Shown here piece by piece: positions 13,274-25,741 of a DNA stretch of 64,000 bases (the first letter of the stretch is position 1; each line of letters starts with the position of its first letter). The position numbers and the translations under genes were made by a program. A model generated the notes under the pieces. That model was not told the DNA's origin. It saw only the letters and a list, made by a program, of their open reading frames with translations, and did no database searches. This stretch comes from Sphagnum compactum (lineage: Eukaryota), in the NCBI GenBank assembly GCA_965153455.1, contig OZ234493.1, forward strand, positions 17,474,213 to 17,538,212, given 5' to 3'.

Positions 13274-14834
13274 ATTTGTCATCATAATAGTAATCATTCA
13301 TTTTTGTCGGCATTACGAAAAAAAATGCTTGTGATAGTTTTAAGTGCGATGTGGATATTTGATGTAAAAGCAATGACAGCTCAAAAGATACTAATTGTTC
13401 ATTGTTGCAAGCAGCATGAAAAAAATACTTCTGATGGCTTCGAAGTTAATGTTTTTTTTCCCCTCCTTCATTTGACATGTGAAAGGGTTAACTTTTATAA
13501 ATTACTTCTTACTGTTTAAGGGGGCAAGGTGAGTTGTTTTACAGGTTTAGTTTGATTGTTCACGGGAAGAGGGTGCGCCTTTATTTATGTATTTTAATTT
13601 CTTTTACTGTTGAACGGGAGGGGTGCAGGTTAATGTTTTTCTTTCTCCTTCATTTGACATGTGCAAGGAGGAGGGGAAGAGGGGAGGAGGTTTTTATATT
13701 TTTCAAAACTTTTTTTTCATTATTTGTCAACCTTTTTTTTTCTTAAAAAAACTTTGTTTTTCATTGTTTAACTTCTGTTTGCCAACTTGTTTTTCGTCGA
13801 CATTCTCACGTTTTTCGAATGCCATCTTGTTGATTTCATGTGTGGACTCTCTCCGTCTCACTATAAACTAAGGTCGTCGTCTTGCTGCCATCACCAGTAT
13901 GTATGATTTGTTCAATCCATATCAATTTACACCTTCATGGGCACCCCTCCTGAGTTGCAAAAAGCTTGAAGGCAAGGTCCTCGTGCAACCTTTTTGTTGC
14001 ACATAGCAGACAAAAGGCTGGCATCAACTCGAGCAGGCATTGAAAGATGCCATATATGACCTTCATCTTCAATTCAGTCAGTAGTTTAGGGGAAATAAAC
14101 TTGACGATGATGTAACACAATTGAAAGACAACAAACACTGAAACTTCGGTTCTGCAACACTTCTGCAAGGTCAGCAGTCGGTGTCAAGAGGGTACCATCA
14201 ATTCTGCCTGAAATTCATTAGCAACTGCCTTATAACTTCCGTAGCCTCCTCTCGAGAGGGCACCCTTCTCAGCTTTGAAAAAACCTCCCCCTTCACAATA
14301 TCTTCTAAGCAGAAGTCCTAATTCAGTTCTGGTTCTTTGAGAAAACCAACAACCCAATTCTGATTCCAAATGCATATTTTTGCATGGCTAGTAGGTTTAA
14401 ATCCTCTCAAACACTCTTCTAAAACCTGCTCTGTATGTCTGCAGACTTCTGAGCTGATGGAGGAGATTCACCATTCACATGTTTGTACTGTGAAATCTAT
14501 TGATGTGGTTTACAAGAGCAATGTCAGTTGGGGGATATGTCAACCGAACATGTTCTCAAAGACTTGTCTGTTCCTAGGGTAGCATGATAGGGCTTTTAAC
14601 TGTCTTGTCTTACGTGAGGGACAAGAGCTTGATCTAGACAAACCTTTAATTAGTGGAGGTAGGCCTGAGGGCTCAAAACGCAATCTGAGATTTCAGAACG
14701 CCACGTGGGATAATTCGAGTATGTGATGAGCAAGTATGTTGCTCAGAGAAGAGCACACTGTCAAAACAGAAAAAAGGCACAAATAGAGACTTTAGCAATG
14801 TCCTGATCTGAGACCCATGAATTTGTCTTTCTAC

Positions 14835-15196
14835 CTGCAATTGTTGTTCTGAAGGCAAGAGCTGCAGAGATTGAGAGTACACCAATGTTCCCATTGTCCA
14901 TGCACTCTCATTTGATCCTCAGGTAGCTAACAGCTTTGCCAATGCCGCATCTGGTCCATCTTCCTCCTGCATAGCCAAGCTCCCTAGCATCAATTCCACA
15001 ATCATGAAACCACAATCCTGCTGAGCTCAAGAAGGGTATGTAAAAGAGGAGCAGTATGTACCTTGGAGGAGATTCCGGAGGAAACTGCGAGAGACCTTAA
15101 TTTGCCATAATGCTGACATGCTATCTTAAGCAAACCCCAAAGGAGCCGCATTGAGTCTTGTGGTGAGCATGAGGAGATGCAGTCATCAATGGCCAA
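14835..15196 (-). pseudogene. SEC16: Two-exon fragment of a Sec16 (MAIGO5-like) COPII scaffold gene
   Basis: Exon 15196-15062 reads IDDCISSC...RLLWGLLKIACQHYGKLRS. Exon 14966-14835 reads EEDGPDAALAKLLA*...LQLLPSEQQLQ. They are joined by a GT-AG intron and match the plant Sec16 central region as I recall it. There is an in-frame TGA at 14919-14921 and no flanking Sec16 exons. Confidence 0.75.
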
Positions 15197-15417
15197 AAGT
15201 TAGGAAAATCAACGTAAATAATGCAAGATTTAGATTTGGTTTTCAGTTTGTAGCCAAAAGTATAGAAGGATGATTAAACATTTGTGTAAATATCTATTTT
15301 ATACCCAGATTTGGCTAAATATTCCTTAGGATGATTGCCACTTTGCCTACATCCAAAAAACAATTCCTTACAAAAACACCAAGTTATTGTTACCCAAGTT
15401 CTATTCATGCAAGATAT

Positions 15418-15816
15418 CGGCCACAGTGAACCAGCAACCACCAGTGCACCATGAAGGATGAATCATGGTAAGTGGTCGAGAAACAGTTTTATGTTGGCTT
15501 GCAGTTCCCAAGCTAACCATGGTGGTTAGCTCAGTTGTTTTTTTTTTAAACCTATCTACTAACAATCCACAAGCAGGTTGTTAGTAGGTAGGTAGTAAAA
15601 GCAGCCTTGAAATATGTTAAAACCATTTACTTACCTAATAGTTACCTATTTTCCTACCTACCTACCTATGTATGAGACCTATTGCCTACAGAAAATTGGT
15701 TACTAAGGTGAAACCAAATATTTACCTGAGTTGAGGTGGATGAGGCTCATCCACAACTGAGTAAGAATGGGCATCCAGTGGATGATATATTGGTGGGTGC
15801 TGGTTCATCGTGGCCG
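15418..15816 (+). mobile_element. MITE (~400 bp) with CGGCCAC.GTGAACCAGCA terminal inverted repeats
   Basis: Starts cggccacagtgaaccagca and ends tgctggttcatcgtggccg. A second copy lies in opposite orientation at 20766-21146. Confidence 0.75.
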
Positions 15817-16844
15817 TGCTTTTTGTTATGGTTTGTTGGATGATAAATATATATTGGTCTACAAGTATGAGCAACAAATTTGTGCTACAAGCCTAATGTG
15901 AGAAAGACCTAGTTTAGTGGTGGTATTGCCTTAACCAAGAGCTGACAGAGTGGTCGGTAGTGTAGGTAATGCAAAAGCTGAAAGCAAAAGATAGTTTAAG
16001 TAAAGAGCTGATGAATGCTATTCAAAATTTGCAGTTGCAACTTACTCACTGCTTTATGTCTCTGCCCCTTTTTGGGTCTTACTTTCAGACATAGAACTAA
16101 CTAGTTAGTTCAGAAAGGACTTCCAAAAATAGCCAAAAAACCATTTGGTTTGGCCTTCCGATGCTACTAGTAGTAGCCTCCATAGGGTTTGGGGTAGAAA
16201 TGCCTTACATGCTGCCACATTTGCAACATTTGTTTAGGGTTTTTGGTGAGGGGTTTTCAGGGTTTAGTTAGGGGTGTCTCTTCTGAGATTTCCCCTCATT
16301 TTCTGTGCTTTTTTTCTAGCATGGGCATGGCTTCCAAGATGGGCAACATGAAGGGGAATTTGTTTTTTAAAGTGGGTTTTGTATTTCGAACATGGAAGGC
16401 TAGAAAGAAGAAGGGCCCTGAAATTAAATGTGCAAGAGAAAAATAATGGCATTTTGGGAATATGAGCTACGTGTTTTGCAATTATCTTTGTCATGGTTGC
16501 CATTCTTTTGTCAAAAAAGTTAACCAACTATTTTCTTAAATCCTGATGAATAAATACATATCCATTTTAGAAGCTCGTACAGACCAATCGATCATGATCC
16601 GGCTCCTACAGACCAATCGATCGGGATCGATCGATCGGTCTGTAGTGCCATAAAGCTCAGCCCGGCCCGAGGCATCCACCAATGCTCCAAACACATAATT
16701 CATTGATATAAGTATCAACTGAGAGCGCATGACATTCCAAAATGACTGATTTGCAGAGAGAAAAAGACCCGTTGTTTTCTTTGCTTTTGTTTTGAAGCAT
16801 AAAGAGGGTAGGGTGATCTCAAGCTGCAGATAGATACCACATAC

Positions 16845-17598
16845 CTACAGTCCAATTGTACTGAGCTGAGAACTGAACTCCATTGGATGTGTTGACAGAG
16901 ACGACGAAGGAACGCTGGCCATCAAGCAGGTTCACAAGAGAATCCTCTCGGCCAGCACAATGCTCAAAATTTCTCTGATCCAACTGCAGTGTTTTGCCGC
17001 CACCCAGCTAGTGAGAGTTGTCATCAGAGAACTATAATAACAGTCTAGAACTTGACAACGGGCTTCACCAGCCTTGCAGAAGAGGACTGTCATCTGCCGT
17101 AAATTAGGTTTGTTATGTGCAGGTTGGGGACATGAACAATCCAAAGTGCTTATCAAATCTCTGCGAATGCAACAGCAGAAGGAGCAGCAGCTCCCATGGT
17201 TTACAGCTTGAGGATAGAGGAGTGCAAAAATAGGAAGCAAGTCTACTTACCTGATCTGCTGCAAGAGCATCAACAAAATGCCTGCCTACCTTGCATCGAA
17301 TTGAGCACAGAGTGGCACACGTATCAATGCTGCTGCCGCTGCCATTTGCAGCACTTGTCAAATTGGAGCGAAATGTCACACTTGTGTTGGAAGTGTATTT
17401 GGCAGGTGCTTCCATGAATGTAATTCTCCGTGTCTGGGCTTCTTGTAGTAAGTTTGGAATCACAACAACAAACAAGAGCAAGGCAAGAAACCTCCCAATG
17501 CAGACATGAAGCAGCTTACAGGAGGAGGAGGTACCCACGCATGATTCTTGGTAACCAAGCAACCACAAGAAGAAGCTAGCTCTGGCTGTGATCATCAC
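16845..17598 (-). pseudogene. 5' exons of a plant bacterial-Ig-like-domain membrane protein gene (At3g48200-like), fragment
   Basis: A hydrophobic leader is followed by ITFMEAPAKYTSNTSVTF...TCATLCSIRCK|gtaggc (donor 17289). Further on is LLDGQRSFVVSVNTSNGVQFSAQYNWTV|gtatgt (donor 16844), matching the family's LLDG.H.FEVC...YNWTVD signature. The intervening part is disrupted. Confidence 0.6.
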
Positions 17599-18097
17599 GC
17601 CTTCTAAGTGGTCAGCCTAGTCACGTCCTCCACTGCTGCTGCTGCCGCTGCCCAACATTCTCGTTTGCATAATGCTTCCAGCTGCTCATGATCAATCCTC
17701 TATCCTTACTCACCGCCCAGTGCGTAAGGATAGAGGATTGATCAATGCTTGCTGAGACTCTGGGATGGCTGTCCAAAGAAGCACAGACGGCACTGTTCGA
17801 TCTGAAACACAAAACCAGGAGTTTTTGACATAAGCCCAAAAGCCAAGACTTGAGAGCTGGCCGATCTCAAAATCACTGCGTGCCCACCCACAGGAGAAAT
17901 CTTCAGATTGCAAGCAACATCCTCAGATCCTCATCCCTAAACCCACATATTTGTCAAACTGAGATTCATTGAAGATGCTTATATTACGGCTGAGCAAATC
18001 CAGCGAACCTTTTTCCTTCCAGTCTCTCTCCAACCCTAAATCTCATCAGGACTACCGATTCCAGTCTAGCCGGTTCAAAAGGAATGCACACGCATAC

Positions 18098-18299
18098 CAA
18101 AGTGAACAAGAACACTAGAGTTTGCAGTTCTCTAGAAGAGATTTCCTGCTGCATCAGTGCAGAATCCTCTTCTCATTGAGATTCGAACCCTGCCTGATGG
18201 AGTTTGAGTGGAAAGCCCAACTTGCAGAGAATAAACAATTCCAAGCATTATTTGCTTGTAAGTAGCAGGTATAACAGCTCCATCTCCAGAGACAAGCAG
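18098..18299 (-). pseudogene. Internal exon of the same Ig-like-domain protein family, with a nonsense codon
   Basis: ag|LLVSGDGAVIPATYKQIMLGIVYSLQVGLSTQTPSGRVRISMRRGFCTDAAGNLF*RTANSSVLVHF|gtatgc. TAG at 18132-18134. Confidence 0.65.
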
Positions 18300-18519
18300 C
18301 TTCAGATGATCAAGCAACAACACCAATGTAACAAAGTAAGACCCATGGTAGTAGCAGATACCCGTCCATCCATGGACAGACTTTCTGGAACAATTACTGC
18401 TATACGAGCCAAACCCAAAACTCAAAAGGTTTGGGCATCTGATCTCCTTGTCCTCTACAAATGCTAGGCAAATGTGCAGGGAGAGAGTACCCGTGGCTGG
18501 GAAAAGAAGAGGCAGATCG

Positions 18520-18885
18520 GGACAGTGCTCCAGCCTCAGTCTGGGCAGGGGAAACCATATTTTCTGGCAAAGGTGGTGATGCTCGTTGAGTACAAGATTC
18601 AGACTCTCCCACTTTGAGTCCATTCAAACTTGATGCCATCACCTGTGAACCTCAGTGCTACAAGTTACAACCACGGGCTACCCTCTAGGGTTGAACAACA
18701 TGAAGTCTAGCAAAATGCACTTTTGAGATCGACCATAAAGGGCCGTGGAAGGAAGTATAGTGAACACATGAGAAACCTACCTCTGTAAGATAGAGCTTGT
18801 GAACATGGTAATTATCATAGTAGATTTCATCCTCAACCACCCGACTCCTTTTCCCAGTCATTGCAGAACTTGAATCTCGACCCAT
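18520..18885 (-). pseudogene. First two exons of a conserved plant protein of unknown function
   Basis: Exon 18885-18781 (MGRDSSSAMTGKRSRVVEDEIYYDNYHVHKLYLTE) splices in frame across GT-AG intron 18780-18643 to VMASSLNGLKVGESE. This resembles the plant motif DE.YLDN.HSHKRYLSEIMASSLNGL.VG. The 3' end is approximate. Confidence 0.6.
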
Positions 18886-20369
18886 ATTGCTGGGCAAATC
18901 TGCTCCTCTGCAATAAAAATTCATAAGCCCCAAAATATCAGAAAAATAATAACCACCACCCCTGCCTTGCTGGTTCACACACCTGCCTTCTTAAGTATTG
19001 GCAGCAAAATTCTACTGCAATGTTCCAGATTCAAAATTTCAAAAAACCTTGCCATGCATCAGAATTTCACAAACGTTCAAATGCATCAGAAATTCACAAA
19101 CTTTCCAATGCTTTTCAAATGAGCTGACAGGCTGGCAATGGTTAGATAGGTCTTGAGGGATTTTGATTCCAAATGCACAAGACAAATGTGAGTTGAGGTG
19201 AGTTGTATCCTTGAGTGATTTAGATCATGAATGCTCCTAGAGCTTGCTGGGCTAACTGCAGGTCCTACATTCGAAATGCTAGGGTCTGACATTGTGATTT
19301 GCTTCACTTTGCACGGTGGAAGGTCTTGACACAAGAAACAGGTTTCTGTTCAGTGATGATATTATGGTCAAATTTTCTCAACAACAGATTGCCAGACTCT
19401 CAAGAATTACTTACCTGCTGCAACTCAGATACCAAAGGAATGTATCGGAAAAATGTGCAAGATCTACAAGCTGTTTTCATAAAGCCAGTGTTCTCTGGTC
19501 TCCGAAAGAAATGCTGCTAGGTACTAGGGAGATTGCGATATAAAAACAAGTGACCAAAAAAGGTAGTATTCTCTCTCTCTTCCCCTCCCCCGGATACCAC
19601 ATCTGTAACATCGAAAGCAAGAAGAGGCACGGGAGGAGTTGGAAGGCAAAACGTGTACATGGAACCGAGGCGAGGCTCCGAGCGACTCATCGGCATTCTT
19701 CTTAAGCGATCGGGCAGAGGGGAAAGAGACGAATCTCTCATGGCCAACAAGCTGAGAGCATCGGTCTGCCCTCGAGGTGTTCAACGTACCTCTGGACAAA
19801 GATTGAAACGCAAAACCTCACGCAACAATCGGCATCGCTGTGAGCACAGTCCGTCGTCGACGTGTGTACACTACTGCAGCGTCGTTGTCGTCACTCTTTA
19901 GCACGTCGAAAACTCGTTACTAAAACCCTCGTTTGCGTAATGCTTCCAGCTGCTCATGATCAATCCTCTATCCTTACTCACCGCCCCCAGTGCGACAGCC
20001 GATGGAATTGCAAGCCATGAAATCTAGTTTTAAGAGCTGAATCTCGATCATGTATGCTGCTGGTGCTGCCCTGGAAGAAGCCGGAGGTCCAATATTGATG
20101 AATGGTACTAGACATCATGAGTTCTTCTTCTGACAATGTCTTCTGCACAAACAACCCTAACCAGCTCCCGAGTTTCTCCATCAAGCTCCAGTCTAGTACG
20201 ATCAGGTTGTACACTTAAAACTCCCTGAGCATCTACAACTAAGTACAACATAATACTCCCGGAGATGAGAAGGCAAACCTTGAGGAAGCCCCGCAGCAGC
20301 ACACGCCATGATCATAGATCGTCCACACTCACCGATGCGATCCAAAAACCTAAAATAACACTCATTCCT

Positions 20370-20700
20370 GCTGCTGCTCTTCTCTCTCTCTCTCTCTCTC
20401 TCTCGATGATACTTACTACACAGCTTCAAAAGGGGCTGTCGAAGGCGGCACCACGGGAACCAAAACGACCGTCGTCAATCCAGTGCCATGAAGAGAGAGA
20501 GAGAGAGGGCGAGCCACCGAGCGTCCGAGGCGAGCTCCCTTTGCGACCGACCGACTGAGCGTCCGAGGCGAGCTCCCTATGCGAGCGAGCGAGAGAGGGA
20601 GGAGCGAGAAGGCGAGAAGCAAGAACGGCCATGTGCTGCCCTGCCAGTAAAACTCACACGCGTTGGTGGCAGGCAAGGCCACCCTCAGTTAAGCTAACGG
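20370..20700 (-). promoter_or_regulatory. GC-rich, GA/CT-microsatellite-rich 5'-UTR/promoter-like segment heading the minus-strand fragment mosaic
   Basis: (CT)n at 20382-20404, (GA)n at 20493-20507, and a duplicated gagcgtccgaggcgagctccct. This composition is typical of plant 5' ends. Confidence 0.3.
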
Positions 20701-20765
20701 ACCTACTACCATTCCAGTCCAGTTAACAATTAACTAGCTGCAAACGGAATCATGTACCTTTATGT

Positions 20766-21146
20766 CGCCACAGCGAACGAGCACCCACCAGCGCACCATC
20801 CACTGGATGCCCGTTATATACTCAGTTGCGGATGAACCTCAAACTGGGTTAACGTTTGGTTTCACCTCAGTAACCAATTGTGTAGGAAATAGCTCTCATA
20901 CATAGGTAGGTACGTAGGTAGGAAATTACTAGTTGAGTAGATGGTTTATACATGGGAAAGGGTTGTTTTTACTACCTACCTAATAACAACCTGCTTGTGG
21001 GTTGTTAGTAGGTAGGTAGAAAAAAAAGGGCAACTGAGCTAACTACCATGGTTAGCTATGGAACTGGAGCCCAACAGAAAACTGTTTCTTGAACACTTAT
21101 CATTCATCCGTCATGCTGCATTGGCAGTTGCTGGTTCACCGTGGCC
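20766..21146 (-). mobile_element. Second copy of the ~400-bp MITE, inverted relative to 15418-15816
   Basis: Its reverse complement reads ggccacggtgaaccagcaactgccaatgcagcatgacggatgaatg...gaaacagtttt...agctaaccatgg, colinear with copy 1. Confidence 0.75.
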
Positions 21147-24100
21147 CCTTGATGTACCTTACTATCTTACTACTTACCCCCCAGCGAAAGTTACTAAACG
21201 AGGTACTAACCGAACCAGGACTCTTGACGGGTGCCGGTTAGCAGGTGATGAGCAGAGGCGGGAAACTTGCAACCCGTTAACTTCCCCCGTCCGCGGCCGC
21301 GCCCTCGCCCGTGCGGTCCATTTCTGGGCGCATTGACCGATGGACCTGCTTTGTCCGACCGGCATGGCAACAAATTTGTCCCCATTTCGGCCCACCACAC
21401 AGGAGCTGACACGTCGTTATTTGGCCTCTCGAATTAGCCATTTGTAGCTGACCTTTTTAGTTGTACGTTCAATTTTATCGCCCAATGAGAACGCGCCAAG
21501 AAGTTGTGCGCCTCCAGATCGAGGAGTCCACCGGACTGGCACCAATGAGAAGGCGGCACGTGAACAAATGGGCTTTTCTTAGGTCGTTGGGTTACTATCT
21601 CCCTTGCTGGCTGTGTGTGAAAAGGGATTCAAATAATTTCGCATTCAATTTGGGTAGGTAACTGTGCCCTGGAATGGGCACGCAATTGACTCGACGGAAA
21701 AGTGCGGGGTATCCTGGGATTTCATGGCCTAGGGGGAAAAATCATTTTTAAGGGTGAGGGCCAATCGACCTGCGCCAAATCAGCAAAAAAGACCCCCCAT
21801 TTGGCGCCATCTTAGATGGGAGGTTGCCCATTCGAAAGGTGTAAAAGGCTGAAAAATCAAAAGCCCGCGAAAAAGTAAACAAATACTTACGAGTTCGCAC
21901 ATAGGGAGCACAGAGATGATGAGGGCAAATTTTTTTGAACTGATGGACTGGGGTTAATTATGAACTGCCACTTCGGTTAGTTTTATTGGCATCACTTTTG
22001 GCCATCTCCCATTATTTGGCCCCTTTTTGACCCCATTCATGAATAAATTGCCTTTGTTACACTTGCCAGTTCTTGAGTAGTGCCGTTTTATGGTAAGTGA
22101 ATGTGAAACGTGTTAAAATTTGGCATCGAGCAACGTCTAGGGGCTTAGGGGTTGGCAATCAAGCCTTTGCTTCTCATCAAATCTGGGTAGTTCAAAACGG
22201 GCTTTTGGCCAGCTCTTTGTGAGGCCAAATTTGGCTCTTGACCAGATTTGTGACGGGAAGAACCAAATAGGTATAGGTCAATTGGAAGGGAAAATGTTCC
22301 CTCCCCCCCCCCTTCCCATGGGCCTTTGAGCTTTATGACCACTTGACCCTAAACCCTCTTTCTTTTCACTCCCATCCTCTTTTCTTGTGTTTTGTTGTCA
22401 TAAAGTTTGGTGGGTTTACATCATTCGTCTATGGACATGGGGAAACCCATCCTATCACCTTTGCTGGACGTGTTCATGTTAGGAGTTCCCTCTTTAATGG
22501 TGATTGTCAATTGAGTTTGCGTCTAATGAATGATACGTTGTCAACGTCAGTAGTGAGAGAGAGATATTTAGATGGATGAATAATTTTAAGGTAAGCTTTC
22601 ATTTATGTGATACTTTTAAGGTAGGTTTTAATACACATGGACCTCCAACATTTATTCTACATGCAAAAGGATATGCTTTGCATTTCAGGTCATGCTAGCA
22701 AAATATTCAGGAATTCATTGAATTTGCTCTTGATTTTAAGGACCATTTTTTGGTAGTAGGTCTTCACTGATATGTAAGTTGTTTCTACCAGGGAAATTTG
22801 CAAAAACTCGGAATATAAATATATATTTGAAATGAATTAAAACTGCCCCCTTTTGTGGAAGAGCCCGACGCTCCTTTATGAAGCTCCCCCGAAGGAGCCG
22901 TCGAGGAGGCTCGCGCCACCCAAACCAAAACCGAAGCCCAACGAAACGTTGGAATTTTCCCTGAAGTCATCCCATCTTTGGGCCTTTGTTCACCCCCCCC
23001 CCCCCCCCATCCTCTCTTCGAGGGAGGTCGTAAAGAAAGGAGATTTGATTAAATCTGTGTATGAAATGCTAAAACCCAGCATTTAATGCACAAGGTTCGA
23101 GGTAATTATGGTAGCGGTACACGAGGAGCAGCGAAAATGCATCCCACAACAGCGGAGGCTTCAGGAAAAGGGGAAGACGGGGTCAAACCCGGTCGAGCAC
23201 AGGAAGTGGTGCGTTTTAGAGTTTGACCCCCGATTGAAGGCCAATGTATTTCTTGGGAGGTTTTTCTTTGATCTCACCCGGTTTTCGCCCAAACTCGACA
23301 GTACTGGCGCCGTGTTTCCCTGAGTTTGCGGAAAACACTGCGAAACACCCTGAAAACCGGTGCCCGCATGTTTAAATACCCCGTCGAAAAAAGATTCAAC
23401 TGATACATTCCGAGGTTTTCAAGAAGTCGCTGGTCATCTCTGTGTGGAAAAACCTCCGACTCTCACTCTGAGAATCGGAATGAAGACATTGAAAAAGGTT
23501 CTCATTGAAAAAGTGAGAACCCACCCGACGCTGGTTTCTACCCTGCATTTGTGTTCGAGCATCTCCAGCACCACCCTGGAGATGACAAGACGGATCTTTT
23601 TCCCCCATCCAAGTTTAGTTTTGTACTCTTTCACAACCCCGCCCGTAAAACTCAAACCACGTGGACCGATCATCGTGATGGGCCAACCTTCTCGGTAGCG
23701 ATGAGATCACATTAAATCCGATATTTTCTGCAGGCGCCCTTCACCAGCCAAGGCAGGCAACGCAATTAATGGTGCGCACTCACTATACAGTAACACTAGG
23801 GTTTAAGGTTTACGCATCATCTTACTATCTTACACACTATCTTATCCCCTCCCTCTCGCTCTCAGATAACAATAAGGAGTAGCCGGAACTTCAGTTTTCC
23901 TTTCTAGGCATTTTTTGTTTGTAGCCAAAATAGTGGGAAGATGTAGGAAAAAATGGCTATCATCCCCACCAAGTTTAAGCCAAATATGCCAATTGATTTT
24001 GCATGACCCACTGTGTGGTTATGGTTGAACAATTCCAAAGACATTTACAAATATAACTATCTCATTCTCAAGCCTAACCCTAAACCTAACTCCTTTCCTT

Positions 24101-25741
24101 AATGATTACTTCTTATCCTAATAACTATCTCCCACTCATTTTTTTAAAATAACCATTTAATAACTTATCTTTAAAATTATTTCACCCCTTTTCGTAAGTA
24201 CCCGCCAACCATGGATACGAGAAGATAAATTGATGTGTGCCTTTCCATGTCCATGATATTTATATTGATTAACACTAAATTTTTACATTGACATAAAAAA
24301 TAATGATGAATTTTTTGATATTACATTGATTAAAATTTAACGCATGAATCATATCAAATTTTCTACCCGTATGTATTACCCTTCAAATAAAGCATATTCT
24401 TCAACATCAAGTTGTCCGACATGTTTCGGATGAAGATTAGTGAAAATTTGTCAGAATAGGGCTTTTATTTAAAAGATAGCTTGGGCTGAACATTTTTTTT
24501 GAAGATGTTGGGGGTCACAAAAAGCCATTGCATAATGTGATGCCCACTCATCGGCCCAAGTACACTTGTTATTGAGACACGTAAGTTATCTTGATTGTGT
24601 TTTCTCACATGTCCATGTCCTGTTATGCATCGTACACGATATTCATAATTTGGTAATGAATTAAGGAATTTATTTCACATTGAGGTGACAATTTAAAACA
24701 TGAAATACTAAAATCCCATGGTTTTTGGGAAGCAAATTGTTGTCAGAAGTATCCATGGGCATTAATTTTGTGACATTTTTTGGCTATTTCGCCAAGACGA
24801 GACGATTGTTATCGTGGTTGTCTCCATTTTTTTATGTATGATCTGGGGTTTTGTCTACATCACAAAAGTTGAAAACAATTAATTTATGAATCATCACTTC
24901 CAGCTCCGTGTTTTTATGAACATCCTTTTATAGTTTTTTTTAATGTAACAATTTCATAAAAATGACTCCATCCTTCTACGAACGACTTTTATAGGGATGT
25001 TCTGACTATATATTTGATGAAGAAAATATACACTGAGAAAAAGTGAAATTTGCGGGTTTTATCACCAAGTTTCGGGGGAAAAAAAGAAAAAGAAAGAAAT
25101 CCCAAGAATTCTATGTTGGGTGCCCGTAGTTAGGAAACAATATAGAAGAATGCTTAAATCGTTCCACTTTCATATCTTGTTTATAGCCCAATTTGGCCAA
25201 ATCTTTGTTATGGAGGATCACCCCTTCCACAACACCACAAAATTAGAAAGAAAGAAACACTAATCACACCATTTAAATAAAAACTATCCTACATTTTTAT
25301 TTTTATTTTTTTTAAAAGATCAAAGAAACCAAAAAAGATGGAAAAGAAACATTTTCCTTTATTTTGGGATGTTATCTTTCTTTTTTGATGAAAAAAGTTC
25401 CTTTGGTTCACTAATGTCAGTGATTGACCCAGAAGGTGACATTTGATTGGGTCCTTTCAATTTACACTATTTTAGTACCTTCGACAGCTTCAGGGGAAGG
25501 AACTTTCTTCCTTTACAATATATAATGATAATCAAGTGAGTTCGGTGAGCTTTGCATCGGCCTGCTGAGCACTTTTTGCCCCCACCCACCAACCAATGTG
25601 CCATCTCTGCACGTTACACAAACAAACACCAACCATCTGCAAGCATCAACCTACTCGCCTTCGACCTACCGATCCCTGACACACCTGTTCCTACCGACGG
25701 CCCACGAAGCAATTTTGATTTTTCCATAAGACTTTCAACTA

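Noticed and set aside
21158-23845. CTTACTATCTTA at 21158 and 23821 as Helitron 5' ends or a long TSD
   Set aside because: I found no convincing 3' hairpin plus CTRR-T terminus and no Rep/helicase sequence, so boundaries cannot be supported.
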